From contig JANNXQ010000012.1 of NCBI GenBank assembly GCA_031409655.1, positions 1 through 64,000 of the forward strand: a stretch of 64,000 bases of DNA. Reading direction: 5' to 3'. Shown piece after piece: positions 35,989-48,478 of this stretch. This DNA is from Chthoniobacteraceae bacterium (lineage in GTDB: Bacteria; Verrucomicrobiota; Verrucomicrobiia; Chthoniobacterales; Chthoniobacteraceae). How positions within the stretch are numbered: the first letter of the stretch is position 1; every line of letters begins with the position of its first letter. Made by a program: the position numbers and the translations under genes. The notes under the pieces are model-generated. The model saw only the letters and a list, made by a program, of their open reading frames with translations, searched no databases and had not been told where the DNA came from.

Positions 35989-38043
35989 ATGACCCGGTAT
36001 CTCCTCGTCTTTCTCGCCGCCACCGCCTCCGTCTTTGCCGCGCCGCTCGAATTGTCGCTCGCGAACATCAAGACGACCGACGCGAAGATCGCGCGCACCG
36101 ACTCGGGTGCCGTGAGCGTCCAGACCGGGCGCAAGCATCAGTGGCCTGGAGTGACGGTCGTCGCGCCGGAGGGCCATTGGGATTTGTCGCCCTTCAGCTT
36201 TGTCGAGGTCGTGGTGAAGAACACCGGTGCGCAGGTCCTCAAGGTGGCGTGCCGCGTGGACAGTGAGAGGGTGAATGGCAAGGACCGTAACGTGAGCGGG
36301 AAGCTGGACATCGCACCGGGCAGCGCGGGCACGGTGCGCGTGGCGCTCTGGCGCACGAGCAAAGACACGCTCGGCGGCAAACTTTTCGGGATGCGTGGGA
36401 CGCCGGTGACCATCGGCGGCCCGTCCACGGTCGATCCGGCGCGCATCACCCAAGTGCTCGTCTTTGTCGCAAAGCCGGAAGTGGATCACGCCTTCGAGAT
36501 CACGAGTATCCGCGCCGACGGCACCTACACCGCGCCGACCGCCTCGACGCACGACGCGGATCCGTATTTTCCTTTCATCGATACCTTCGGCCAATACCGG
36601 CATCGCGACTGGTCGGGAAAGGTCCGCTCCTTCGACGAACTGCGCGCCCGTCGTGACGAAGAGGCGCAGGAACTCGCGGCGCAGCCCGGGCCGGCGGAGT
36701 GGGACCAATACGGCGGCTGGAAGGATGGGCCGCAGCTCCCGGCGACAGGATTTTTCCGCACGGAGAAGCACGAGGGCAAATGGTGGCTGGTCGATCCCGA
36801 GGGGCGGCTCTTTTTCTCCAATGGCATCGACGCCGCGGGCGTCGGCGTCGCGACCGTGACCGGAGAGCGCGAACACTTTTTCGCCGATTTTCCCGGCGCG
36901 CAGCCGGAGTTTGCGGAGTTCATCTCGAAAGCGGCGGTGATCAAGGGCCACTACGCGGGGCGCAAGATGAACGCGTTTTCCTTTGCCGGAGCCAACCTCG
37001 CCCGCAAATACGGCGCGGACTGGCGCCAGGTGAACGACGACCTGATCCAGCGCCGGATGCGAAGCTGGGGGCTGAACACGCTCGGCATGTGGAGCGAAGT
37101 GAAGGTGCGAGAGCTGCGCCGCACGCCCTACACCGATGCGCTCGGTTCCTGGGGCGTGCGCACGATCGCCGGCAGCGAGGGTTACTGGGGAAAATTTCCC
37201 GATCCGTTCGATCCCGGCTTCCGGAAAGCGCTGCTCAAGCAGATGGAAGCCAAGCGCGGCAAGAGCGTGGGCGATCCGTGGTGCCTCGGCTTTTTCTGCG
37301 ACAACGAATTGTCGTGGGGCGACGACACCTCGCTCGCGATCGGCGCGCTGCTGTCGCCCGCCGACCAGCCCGCGAAGCGCGCCTTCCTCGACGTGCTCCG
37401 CAAAAAATACGACGCCATCGCGAAGCTCAACGCCGCGTGGGGGAGCGCGCACGCGTCGTGGGAGGCACTCGCCGCGAGCACCACTGCGCCGGATTACGAG
37501 AAGGCCCGGCCCGACCTCACCGCCTTCTACACGCGCATCGCCGAGGAGTATTTTCGCAACGCGCGCGAGACGATCAAGGAGGTCGCACCGCAGCAGCTCT
37601 ACCTTGGCTGCCGCTTTGCCTGGGACAATGTGCTGGCGCAGGCTGCGGCGGCGAAGTTCTGCGACGTGGTCAGCTTCAATCTGTATTATAAAGATCTCGC
37701 GGATTTCACCTTTGAGGGCGGTGCCGACGTGCCGCTGATCGTCGGCGAGTTTCACTTCGGCGCCACGGACCGCGGAGTTTTTCACGCGGGTCTCAGAGCG
37801 GTGGAAAACCAGGACGCGCGCGCCGCCGCCTACACGAAGTATGTCCGCACCGCGCTGCGCGATCCGCAGTTCGTTGGTTGCCATTGGTTTGAATATCGCG
37901 ACGAGCCGACCACGGGGCGCGCCTTGGACGAGGAAAATTTCCAGATCGGCTTCGTCGATATCGCCGACACGCCTTACCGCGAGATGGTCGAGGCCAGCCG
38001 CGCACTCGGGCGCGAGATGTATCGACTGCGATCGGGACGCTGA
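35989..38043 (+). CDS. Secreted glycoside hydrolase, GH50 (beta-agarase-like)
   Basis: Signal peptide, CBM-like N-domain, PFID.FGQY, D.YGGW, ATGFFRTEK..GKWWLVDPEG, RMRSWGLNT.G.WS, DNELSWG (acid/base), GEFHFG (nucleophile), VGCHWF.Y.D. Confidence 0.82.
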   Translation: MTRYLLVFLAATASVFAAPLELSLANIKTTDAKIARTDSGAVSVQTGRKHQWPGVTVVAPEGHWDLSPFSFVEVVVKNTGAQVLKVACRVDSERVNGKDRNVSGKLDIAPGSAGTVRVALWRTSKDTLGGKLFGMRGTPVTIGGPSTVDPARITQVLVFVAKPEVDHAFEITSIRADGTYTAPTASTHDADPYFPFIDTFGQYRHRDWSGKVRSFDELRARRDEEAQELAAQPGPAEWDQYGGWKDGPQLPATGFFRTEKHEGKWWLVDPEGRLFFSNGIDAAGVGVATVTGEREHFFADFPGAQPEFAEFISKAAVIKGHYAGRKMNAFSFAGANLARKYGADWRQVNDDLIQRRMRSWGLNTLGMWSEVKVRELRRTPYTDALGSWGVRTIAGSEGYWGKFPDPFDPGFRKALLKQMEAKRGKSVGDPWCLGFFCDNELSWGDDTSLAIGALLSPADQPAKRAFLDVLRKKYDAIAKLNAAWGSAHASWEALAASTTAPDYEKARPDLTAFYTRIAEEYFRNARETIKEVAPQQLYLGCRFAWDNVLAQAAAAKFCDVVSFNLYYKDLADFTFEGGADVPLIVGEFHFGATDRGVFHAGLRAVENQDARAAAYTKYVRTALRDPQFVGCHWFEYRDEPTTGRALDEENFQIGFVDIADTPYREMVEASRALGREMYRLRSGR

Positions 38044-38200
38044 AGCTGGATGCCGGAAAGCCAGATCATCCCGCGCCATCAACCGCTGGCGATCGGTGGC
38101 GATCGGTGGCGATCATGCTTGGAAATGTGGAGGCTGGGTAGGCAAACGTGCGTCGCCAGCATTCCCCGCCGACGAAACTCGGGAATGATCACCGAACCCC

Positions 38201-39796
38201 ATGCCACCAATCGCTCGCCTACTCCTCATCGCTCTCCTGGGCGCGTTTTGCACCCACAGCTTCGCCGCCAAGCCCAATTTCCTGCTCATCCTGGCCGACG
38301 ATCTCGGCTGGTCGGACCTCGGATGTTACGGGGGCGAAATCCAGACGCCGCAGCTTGATGCGCTGGCCCAGGGTGGTTTGCGGCTGACGCAGTTCTATAA
38401 CTCCACACGCTGCTCGCCGACCCGCGCGAGCATCCTCACGGGGCTGCATCCGCATCAGGCCGGGTTTCCGAATCTGAGCGGCACGTTGTCGAAGAGTTCC
38501 GTGACCATTCCCGAAGTGCTGAAGCCCGCGGGTTACCGCAGTTACCTGGTGGGTAAATGGCATCTCAATGCGAAGAACCCGCCGACGGAGCGCGGCTTCG
38601 ACGAGTTCTATGGCATGCTCGGTGGCTTCAATTCGTGTTGGCAGGAGACGCCATTTTACACCCGCTGGCCGCAGGACCGCACCAAGCGCGAGTATCCGCA
38701 GGACGGGTTTTACTCCACCGAGGTCTTCGCGGATTACGCAGTGGATTTCATTACCGACGGGCAGAAGAGCGGGCAGCCGTGGTTTCTCTATCTCGCGTTT
38801 AATGCGCCGCACTTTCCGCTCCATGCGCCGGAGGCGGACATTGCGAAGTATGAGGCGATGTATTTCGAGAAAGGCTGGGACCGCATCCGCGAGGAGCGGC
38901 TCGCGCGAATGAAAGAACTCGGCCTCGTGCCGCGCAACCTCGCACTTCCGCCGCGGAGCAATGTGCCAGCAAACAAGTTCAACACGCAGACGGCTTGGGC
39001 CGACCAGGACAACCCGGCGTGGGATTCACTGCCGGAGGATCGCCGCCGCGATCTCGCGCGTCGCATGGCGGTATTTGCGGCCATGGTGGATCGCATGGAT
39101 GCCAGCATCGGGCGGTTGGTGGCGCATTTGAAAAGGACGGGTCAGTTCGACAACACCGTGATTTTTTTCCTGAGCGACAATGGCGCATGCGCCGAGTGGG
39201 ACCCCTATGGATTCGACAAGAACAGCGGGCCGCAAAACGTGCTGCATACTGGCGATGAGTTGAAGAAAGTCGGCGGGCCGGAGAGTTACATTAGCTACGG
39301 CAGTGGCTGGGCGAATGTGGGCAATACGCCGTTCCGCCTCTACAAGCACTACAACCACGAGGGCGGCGTGCGCACCCCGTGCATCGTGCATTGGCCGGCG
39401 GGGCTGAAGGCGCGCGGACTCGCGTCGGGGCCGGGTTACATCACCGACTTCATGCCGACCCTCTGCGCGCTGGCCGGTGCGACTTATCCGCAGGAGCGCG
39501 CTGGCACCGCGATTTTGCCCGAGGAAGGCGTAAGTCTCCTGCCGGTGTTTCGCGGCGAGCCAATGCCGAAGCGGGAGATTTTCATCGAACACGAAGGCAA
39601 CCGCAGCGTGCGCGCCGGCGACTGGAAGCTCGTCGCCCTGCACGACCAGCCCTGGGAACTTTACCACATCGCCGCCGATCCGACCGAGATGACGAACCTC
39701 GCCGCCCACGAGTCGCCGCGCGTGAAATCCATGGCCGCCGCGTGGGAGGCGTGGGCCGAGCGTTGCGCGGTGCGGGAGAAAGGTGCGGCGAGGTAG
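38201..39796 (+). CDS. Arylsulfatase-family (Cys-type formylglycine) sulfatase
   Basis: Signal peptide, PNFLLILADDLG.SD, RCSPTRASILTG (CxPxR), GKWHL, APHFPLHA, LSDNG. Confidence 0.93.
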   Translation: MPPIARLLLIALLGAFCTHSFAAKPNFLLILADDLGWSDLGCYGGEIQTPQLDALAQGGLRLTQFYNSTRCSPTRASILTGLHPHQAGFPNLSGTLSKSSVTIPEVLKPAGYRSYLVGKWHLNAKNPPTERGFDEFYGMLGGFNSCWQETPFYTRWPQDRTKREYPQDGFYSTEVFADYAVDFITDGQKSGQPWFLYLAFNAPHFPLHAPEADIAKYEAMYFEKGWDRIREERLARMKELGLVPRNLALPPRSNVPANKFNTQTAWADQDNPAWDSLPEDRRRDLARRMAVFAAMVDRMDASIGRLVAHLKRTGQFDNTVIFFLSDNGACAEWDPYGFDKNSGPQNVLHTGDELKKVGGPESYISYGSGWANVGNTPFRLYKHYNHEGGVRTPCIVHWPAGLKARGLASGPGYITDFMPTLCALAGATYPQERAGTAILPEEGVSLLPVFRGEPMPKREIFIEHEGNRSVRAGDWKLVALHDQPWELYHIAADPTEMTNLAAHESPRVKSMAAAWEAWAERCAVREKGAAR

Positions 39797-39858
39797 GACG
39801 GTCAGCCACTGAGGACCTGGCCGGTCGGGAGGCGCCTGGGTCGCGCGGGCGTGGGTGA

Positions 39859-42165
<2,307 letters not shown>

Positions 42166-42228
42166 GGGAAAAGTGCGGCGGATGATGGCGGCGCGGCCCA
42201 TCGAGTCAATCGCGGCGACGGTCCGGCG

Positions 42229-42246
42229 CTGTTACACGATTGTCAC
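42229..42246 (+). promoter_or_regulatory. Putative Pho box upstream of phoB-phoR
   Basis: CTGTTAC-ACGA-TTGTCAC: two 7-bp direct repeats with 11-bp periodicity matching CTGTCAT-N4-CTGTCAC. Confidence 0.65.
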
Positions 42247-42299
42247 AAGCTGTCCCTTGCCGCTCACGGGTCGGCCCTTACACTCCGCGCATCGCCACT

Positions 42300-43004
42300 A
42301 TGAGCAGCAAATCCGGACAAAAACGCATTCTCATCGCCGAAGACGAACCAGATGTCCGCAATCTCATCGCGATCAATCTGAAGAGCGCTGGCTTCACCGT
42401 GGTGGCGACGGAAGACGGGATGGCGGCGCTGAAAGAGGCGCGCGATTCGATCCCCGCACTGGTGATCCTCGATCTCATGCTGCCCGAGCTGTCCGGGCTC
42501 GAAGTGTGCAAGGTCTTAAAAAAGGAACCGGCCACGAGCGCGATCCCGATCATCATGCTCACCGCCAAGGCGGAGGAGGTGGACCGCATCGTGGGACTCG
42601 AACTCGGGGCGGACGATTACATCACGAAGCCTTTCAGTCCGCGCGAGTTGGTGCTGCGCGTGAAATCGGTGCTGCGGCGCGCGGCGGCGGCCAGTGATCC
42701 GTCGGATGAAATTTCGCTCGGCGATATCAAGATCGACCGGGCGCGCTGCGAGGTCACGGTGAAGGGAAAGCCGATCGAGTTCACGGCCACGGAGTTCAAG
42801 CTGCTCACCCTGCTCATCGAGCGCCGCGGCCGGGTGCAGAGTCGCGATGCGCTGCTCAATGACGTGTGGGGCTACGAGAGTGCGATCGATACGCGGACCG
42901 TGGATACGCACATTCGGCGCTTGCGGGAGAAGCTCGGGAAATCGGCGGATTGCATCGAGACCGTGCGGGGTTTCGGCTATCGGATTGCGGACCCGGCGCG
43001 GTGA
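42300..43004 (+). CDS. phoB: OmpR-family response regulator, PhoB/PhoP-like
   Basis: REC (AEDE, LDLMLP, LTAK, GADDYITKPFSPREL) plus winged helix (TATEFKLL, VWGY, RTVDTHIRRLREKLG, ETVRGFGY). Confidence 0.8.
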   Translation: MSSKSGQKRILIAEDEPDVRNLIAINLKSAGFTVVATEDGMAALKEARDSIPALVILDLMLPELSGLEVCKVLKKEPATSAIPIIMLTAKAEEVDRIVGLELGADDYITKPFSPRELVLRVKSVLRRAAAASDPSDEISLGDIKIDRARCEVTVKGKPIEFTATEFKLLTLLIERRGRVQSRDALLNDVWGYESAIDTRTVDTHIRRLREKLGKSADCIETVRGFGYRIADPAR

Positions 43005-43100
43005 GGGACGCGGGGATCGAGGGAGCAGGGGAGTGAGTCCGGTTCGGACGTCCGGCATTGGATCGACGGCCCCGCAAAACCCGTCTAACCAAAGCAACCC

Positions 43101-44393
43101 ATGAGCTTTCCTGCGTACCAATGGATCCTCCTCGGTCTCGCCGCCGCGGCCGCCGCGGTCCTTTGGTGGAGACGCCGCCGGGTGCGGCAGGAGCGCTTCG
43201 ACCGTTTGGAAGCCGTGCTCCGCGATTTGGCTGAGGGTCGCACTCCGGGCAGTGTGGTGTTCTCGGGAGCCGTCGCGCACTTCGCCCGGCTGACCCCGTG
43301 GCTGGATCAGATCGGCGTGGATCTCGTGCGTCTGCGCGGGCAGGCCAGTCGCGACGAATCAAATCTTCAGACGATCCTTTCGAGCATGCAGGAGGGCGTG
43401 ATGGTGGTGGACGCGCATCATGTGCTCCGGATTGTGAATCCATCGTTCCTTTCGCTCTTCAAGATCGCGAAGGATCCTCGTGGGCAAAGTGTGCTGCACG
43501 CCTTGCGCGAGGCCGGATTTGATGCGCTCGTCTCGGCCACCCTCCGCACCGGCGAGGCGCAATCTGGCGAACTCGAACTGGCCGGCAGCAAGCCGAAGCT
43601 CTTCGTCTCGATGCACAGCAATCCGATGCGGGACGAAGCGGGTGCATCCGGGGCGGTGGTGATCTTCCGGGATATCACGCGGCTGCGGCAACTCGAGGAC
43701 GTGCGCCGTGAATTCGTCGCCAATGTTTCCCACGAATTGCGCACGCCGCTCTCGATTTTCCACGGCTACCTGGAAATGCTCGCCGACGCTCCGGACATGA
43801 AAGCGCCGGAGCGTTTGGAAGTGGTGGACGTCCTGCGGCGCCATTCGCGCCGGCTCAATGCGCTGCTCGAAGATCTGCTCATCCTCGCGCGCCTGGAGTC
43901 GCGGCACGAAGAACTCGTCTGTGAGTCCATCGCCGTGCCGGATTTGCTCCGCGACACGCTTCAGGATTGGGCGCCCGCGATTACCGAAAAAAAGCTCAAG
44001 GTGGAGCGCGATTGGCCTGGCGACTTTCCGCTGCTCAAGGCGAATCGCCTGCGGCTCGATCAGGTCTTCAACAACCTCCTCGACAACGCGACCAAGTATA
44101 CGGACGCCGAGGGGCGGATCGCGGTGCGGGCGCGGGCGGAAAACGGGTGGGTGGAATTCCGGGTGGAAGACAGTGGCCGCGGCATTCCGCCGACCGATGT
44201 GCCGCACATTTTCGAGCGCTTTTACCGGGCCGACAAAGCGCGCAGCCGCGAGCAGGGTGGCACCGGACTCGGGCTTTCGATCGTCAAACACATCGTGCAA
44301 TCCCACGGCGGCACGGTGACGGCGGAGAGCACCTATGGCAAAGGCACGGCGATCGTGGTCCGCCTGCCTCTTGCCGGGCCGGTCGAGCGTTGA
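43101..44393 (+). CDS. phoR: PhoR-like sensor histidine kinase (TM-PAS-HisKA-HATPase)
   Basis: MQEGVMVVD, RDITRLRQLE.VRREFVANVSHELRTPL, NLLDNA.KYT, FERFYRADKARSR..GGTGLGLSIVKH. Confidence 0.82.
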   Translation: MSFPAYQWILLGLAAAAAAVLWWRRRRVRQERFDRLEAVLRDLAEGRTPGSVVFSGAVAHFARLTPWLDQIGVDLVRLRGQASRDESNLQTILSSMQEGVMVVDAHHVLRIVNPSFLSLFKIAKDPRGQSVLHALREAGFDALVSATLRTGEAQSGELELAGSKPKLFVSMHSNPMRDEAGASGAVVIFRDITRLRQLEDVRREFVANVSHELRTPLSIFHGYLEMLADAPDMKAPERLEVVDVLRRHSRRLNALLEDLLILARLESRHEELVCESIAVPDLLRDTLQDWAPAITEKKLKVERDWPGDFPLLKANRLRLDQVFNNLLDNATKYTDAEGRIAVRARAENGWVEFRVEDSGRGIPPTDVPHIFERFYRADKARSREQGGTGLGLSIVKHIVQSHGGTVTAESTYGKGTAIVVRLPLAGPVER

Positions 44394-44395
44394 GT

Positions 44396-45067
44396 TCAGC
44401 GGAGCCGGGTGCGGAGCCAGACGGCGCCGTGCATGCCGCAGAAGATGGCCACGAGGAGCAGTCCGAGCCGGAGTTCATGGAGCGGGGCGGACCAGTCAAA
44501 GCGTTCCCGGCTTCCCTCCTGCCAAGGCTGGATGCGCGGCACGATCCGAGGCACATTTTCCCGGTAGCGCTGATACTCCTGCGCGAACTGCCGGGTGAGC
44601 ATCTCTTCCTCCGCCGGAACGATGGAGACATAGAGGAAAATAAAAACGCCGACGTAGGGCACGAGCATCCAGGGATCGCCGAGGAGTCCCACCATGCCCA
44701 GCCCGAGCACGATGCTCGCGAGATAGATGGGATTCCGGACGTGGGCGTAAGGGCCTCCGGTGACGAGATGCGGCGCCTCGATCGTCGCGCGCCGCGTGTG
44801 GCTCCCGGCCCACCCGGCTGCCCAGGCGCGTCCGGCGAGGCCGAGTAAAACCAGCAGGAAGGAGGCGACGGTGCCAGTGAACTGATGCGGGACGAAGAGC
44901 GGTCGCGGGCGGATAAAGAGCATGCCGAGCGCGACGACCGCGAGGCCGACGTGCATCCGCCGGTGGAAGATGCGCTGGCCGAGTGCGGCACAACGGGCTC
45001 GAAACGAGCCGTCAGGCGGAGGTGGGCCTCCGTTGGCTTCGTTGGAGAGGGGTTTGGCCGGTGGCAT
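44396..45067 (-). CDS. Isoprenylcysteine carboxyl/phospholipid methyltransferase-family membrane protein
   Basis: R.WAAG, LVTGGPYAHVRNPIY, EEEML...F..EY..Y...VPR..P; start uncertain. Confidence 0.8.
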   Translation of the reverse strand: MPPAKPLSNEANGGPPPPDGSFRARCAALGQRIFHRRMHVGLAVVALGMLFIRPRPLFVPHQFTGTVASFLLVLLGLAGRAWAAGWAGSHTRRATIEAPHLVTGGPYAHVRNPIYLASIVLGLGMVGLLGDPWMLVPYVGVFIFLYVSIVPAEEEMLTRQFAQEYQRYRENVPRIVPRIQPWQEGSRERFDWSAPLHELRLGLLLVAIFCGMHGAVWLRTRLR

Positions 45068-45157
45068 CAGCGCAATGTCCCAAAGGCGCGCTGTGGCGAC
45101 AACGTCTGAAGTAAATCGAGGGTCGGTTGGAACGATATTTGCAGTAAAAGCCATAAT

Positions 45158-45649
45158 ATGAATGCGCATTCCGAAACGCAGATGACCAGGCGCGTCCCGC
45201 GATGCAGTGCCGCGTTCACCATTCTTGAGGCTGCGATTGCCTCCGCCTTGCTCGTGATCCTCGTCTCGACCGTGGCCGTGGCCATGATCCAGATCAATCG
45301 TTGGGCGGCGTCTGCTCGCCTCCAGACGATCGCGCTGGCCGTCGCGCAGCAGAAGGTGGATGAGGTGCTCGCCGTCCCGTGGCTGATCCGCAATCCGCGC
45401 CCCACCGTGCTCGCGGCCAGCACCGTGACCGAGAGTAACCTGACGCTGAACAACGACACCTTTAACTCCCAGACCGCCCTGAGTAGCCTGTTCACGGACC
45501 TCGATACTCCCGTCACCGCCACCCGCGTCACGGAGATCACCGATCTGCCGCCGCGCGGGGTCCGGGCTTCAGTGACGGTCAGCTTCACCTATCGGCAGCA
45601 TACCTATCGGTCCCAACTGACCACGCTCCGCGTCACCGATGACATCTAG
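45158..45649 (+). CDS. Type IV pilin-like minor subunit (PilV/GspI-like)
   Basis: Class III signal A|FTILE followed by a hydrophobic helix and a small beta domain. Confidence 0.75.
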   Translation: MNAHSETQMTRRVPRCSAAFTILEAAIASALLVILVSTVAVAMIQINRWAASARLQTIALAVAQQKVDEVLAVPWLIRNPRPTVLAASTVTESNLTLNNDTFNSQTALSSLFTDLDTPVTATRVTEITDLPPRGVRASVTVSFTYRQHTYRSQLTTLRVTDDI

Positions 45650-46559
45650 GCGCTCAGCATCGAACTCGGGCGGGATTGCAGGCTTCACGCTTGTGGAAAT
45701 GCTGATGGCCATCAGCATCTTCACCGTGGTCACGGCAGGATTGATTTCATTCAGTTCCTTCACAACGCGGACGGTCGCACGCAATCTCGCAACCAACCGG
45801 ACGCACGAGACAGTCCGCATCTCGAACCTGCAGTTCTTGCGCTATTTCCACGAATCCGCCTCCGCATTCCGCTTGCTGGATTTTAATGGCACCACCTACA
45901 CGGATGCCACCCCCGCTGGGACATCGGATCGAGATGCCACGACGGGAAGTTACGCGAGCACGCGCTCAAATGGCGTGCGTTTCCGGCGTCTCGCAGGCGG
46001 GCCTTACGCCTTCACGGCCAACACGACTTCGGGAAGCACGAACCTCTCCTTCAATTTCGCGGTGAATGGTCAGGTGCCCTACGTGCCGAGTGTCGGCGAT
46101 AAGCTGGTCATCCCGCTGATTTCCCGGGAGTTCGATATCTCCGCCGTTCCGACGGCCCCGACCACGGGGAGTCCTACCGGAACGGTGACAATTTCCGAGG
46201 CCGGCGGTCTGGGCTTCACGATCAATGCCACAACCGCGGGGAACACGACCACGGCCTACTTTTACCGGTCAACCGCCTTCACGGTTTGGGGTAACACCCT
46301 GCGCTATCACAACGATTTCACTGGAGTGCGGAAGGCCAACTTCACGGTCGTAAGGACGAACGTAACCTCACCGAAGCCCTTCTCGCTCCTCTACACGAGC
46401 CCGACTGGGACCACCGATGGACTTTCCGTGCGCATCTCGCTCGAAGCACACGATGGCGACTATTCCGCCCGGCGCTTCAGCAATGGAACCGCAACCCTCC
46501 AGGCCGTCATCCCGACCCGTTTTCTGCCCACGCCGATCACCTCGACTAACTCCAACTAA
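45639..46559 (+). CDS. Type IV pilin-like minor subunit (PilW/GspJ-like)
   Basis: G|FTLVEMLMAISIF prepilin motif; Thr/Ser-rich beta domain; overlaps the upstream gene. Confidence 0.82.
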   Translation: MTSRRSASNSGGIAGFTLVEMLMAISIFTVVTAGLISFSSFTTRTVARNLATNRTHETVRISNLQFLRYFHESASAFRLLDFNGTTYTDATPAGTSDRDATTGSYASTRSNGVRFRRLAGGPYAFTANTTSGSTNLSFNFAVNGQVPYVPSVGDKLVIPLISREFDISAVPTAPTTGSPTGTVTISEAGGLGFTINATTAGNTTTAYFYRSTAFTVWGNTLRYHNDFTGVRKANFTVVRTNVTSPKPFSLLYTSPTGTTDGLSVRISLEAHDGDYSARRFSNGTATLQAVIPTRFLPTPITSTNSN

Positions 46560-46564
46560 ATCAA

Positions 46565-48472
46565 ATGAAGACTCGATCCGATTCCGGGATGGCGCTCGTG
46601 GGCGTCATTTTCACGATGGCCATCGTCGCCGCGCTCGTCGCGACGGTTTTTGCGGTCACTAATACTCAGGTTCACGTGGCCCGGCGCACCTTGAATCGAG
46701 CAACCGCAGTCGCCTACGGCGATGCCGTCATTGAGAGCCTCTACGATCAATGGCGATCTGCCATGATCTCGGTCACGGACACGACCGATCGGAAAGAAGG
46801 CCTTTCCAGCGCCGCCCTCGCCACCGTTTTGACCGCGCCATCCAGCACGACATTGCCGCCGCCCACGGGGATCAGCCTCGGGAGCTGGAGCGTGGTCGCC
46901 TGCACCCCTTTCCTCGCGCCCACCACGCTGGCAAGTGGGCGCCCGGTGCCGGAGAACGGCACCAACTCGAGCCTCCGGATCCGGTTCTACTACCTCGCCT
47001 CGGCCACGGTGAACTACCCGACGCCGGGCGGACCCTCCTCCCTCACGATTCAGCGGGCCTTCGTTCGGGGTGGGCGCAATCTCTTCGATAACTTCTTTTT
47101 TGGAACGCAGGCGAAGACTGAGTTTCATCCCGGCCCGGACATGTATGTCTCCGGCACCGTCTACATCGGCGGCGACCTCTTTACGGCCCACGACTCGCTT
47201 CACTTCATGAAAGACGTCACCGTCACCGGTGCGCACTCGTTGAACTACCGAACCGAAGACTCCCGCTACGGGACGGCACCGACGATCACCAATGGTGGCA
47301 CTGGGAATAACTGGGACATCAACAATCCACCCCATGTCGGGCAACAGCAGAAGCTTCTCGATACGCCGGTCGCAAGTCTCGATCCAAACTTCCTCGATGA
47401 TCTCCTCAGCAACGACGCCGACTCTGACACGCCAAGCAATTTGAACAACGACGGCTACCACGAGCTGATCGAGCAAAAGAACGGCACGGGTGCAGACCCC
47501 CTGCAACTGGACTCTGCGACTTCGGAGCGACTGGCGGGAAACAGTGACTACCGCATCCTTGTTGATGCGGGCAATAATGTCACTGTCTTTAAGGGGTCTG
47601 CGACAACCGCGCTCTCCACCGCCAGCGCGGACTACATTGCCATTACCGCCGCACTGACCCTGAACACGGCCCTGCGTGACGTCCGGGATGGCGATAACGT
47701 GCGGGTCGTAACGATGGATGTAGCGGCAATCAAGGCTGCACATACCAGCGGCACCATCACCGATAACTTCGGGGGGGCTGATGGCCTGATGCTTTACGTC
47801 CAGGACACCAGCGCAGGAACGAATGTGAATACGAAAGTGGTGAATTCAGTGACGGCGGCGGTTACGAATGTGTCGAGTTCGCGTTCGCGCGGTGTAAAGC
47901 TCGTCAACGGAGCGCAATTGCCGAGCGTCGGCTTCAGTGTGGTCTCTCCCAATGCGGTGTACATCAAAGGTGACTACAACACCGGCACCAATGGCGGAAC
48001 TCAGCCCCCATCCAATACCGCGACTACTTACACTCCGCCGACCACCAACCCGAGCCCTGTAGTAAGCGGCTACACCCGAGTTCCCGCCGCCGTGGTCGGC
48101 GATGCGGTGAACATCCTTTCGAACGCTTGGAACGATGCCAATTCGCTCTCCGGGGTGAGCGCCAGAGTGGCGTCGAACACCACGGTGAACACGGCCATCG
48201 TCGCCGGTAACGTCCCGACGACCTCCAGTTCGTACAGTGGGGGGATTGAAAACTTCACGAGGTTTCATGAAAACTGGAGCTCGCGTTACTTCACGATCTA
48301 CGGCGCGCTGGCCCTGCTCTACAACAGCGACCAGGCGACGCGCCCTTGGTCGAGTGCGAGCTATGGTGCGCCGAGCCGGCGGTGGTATTACGACAGCATG
48401 CTTCAGGAATCCAACCCGCCAGGGTTCAGTGCGGCGCGCGTCTATGAGCGCGGGCGCTGGCTCCAGCGTTAG
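46565..48472 (+). CDS. Large PilX/GspK-like pilin with extended C-terminal domain
   Basis: SG|MALVGVIF (lacks Glu5, as in PilX/GspK); Thr/Asn-rich body; C-terminal YSGGIENFTRFHENW...YGAPSRRWYYD. Confidence 0.75.
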   Translation: MKTRSDSGMALVGVIFTMAIVAALVATVFAVTNTQVHVARRTLNRATAVAYGDAVIESLYDQWRSAMISVTDTTDRKEGLSSAALATVLTAPSSTTLPPPTGISLGSWSVVACTPFLAPTTLASGRPVPENGTNSSLRIRFYYLASATVNYPTPGGPSSLTIQRAFVRGGRNLFDNFFFGTQAKTEFHPGPDMYVSGTVYIGGDLFTAHDSLHFMKDVTVTGAHSLNYRTEDSRYGTAPTITNGGTGNNWDINNPPHVGQQQKLLDTPVASLDPNFLDDLLSNDADSDTPSNLNNDGYHELIEQKNGTGADPLQLDSATSERLAGNSDYRILVDAGNNVTVFKGSATTALSTASADYIAITAALTLNTALRDVRDGDNVRVVTMDVAAIKAAHTSGTITDNFGGADGLMLYVQDTSAGTNVNTKVVNSVTAAVTNVSSSRSRGVKLVNGAQLPSVGFSVVSPNAVYIKGDYNTGTNGGTQPPSNTATTYTPPTTNPSPVVSGYTRVPAAVVGDAVNILSNAWNDANSLSGVSARVASNTTVNTAIVAGNVPTTSSSYSGGIENFTRFHENWSSRYFTIYGALALLYNSDQATRPWSSASYGAPSRRWYYDSMLQESNPPGFSAARVYERGRWLQR

Positions 48473-48478
48473 ACCTTT

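Noticed and set aside
38087..38114. About 2.8 copies of tggcgatcgg between the hydrolase and sulfatase genes
   Set aside because: Too short and without spacers; not CRISPR, and no evidence of function.
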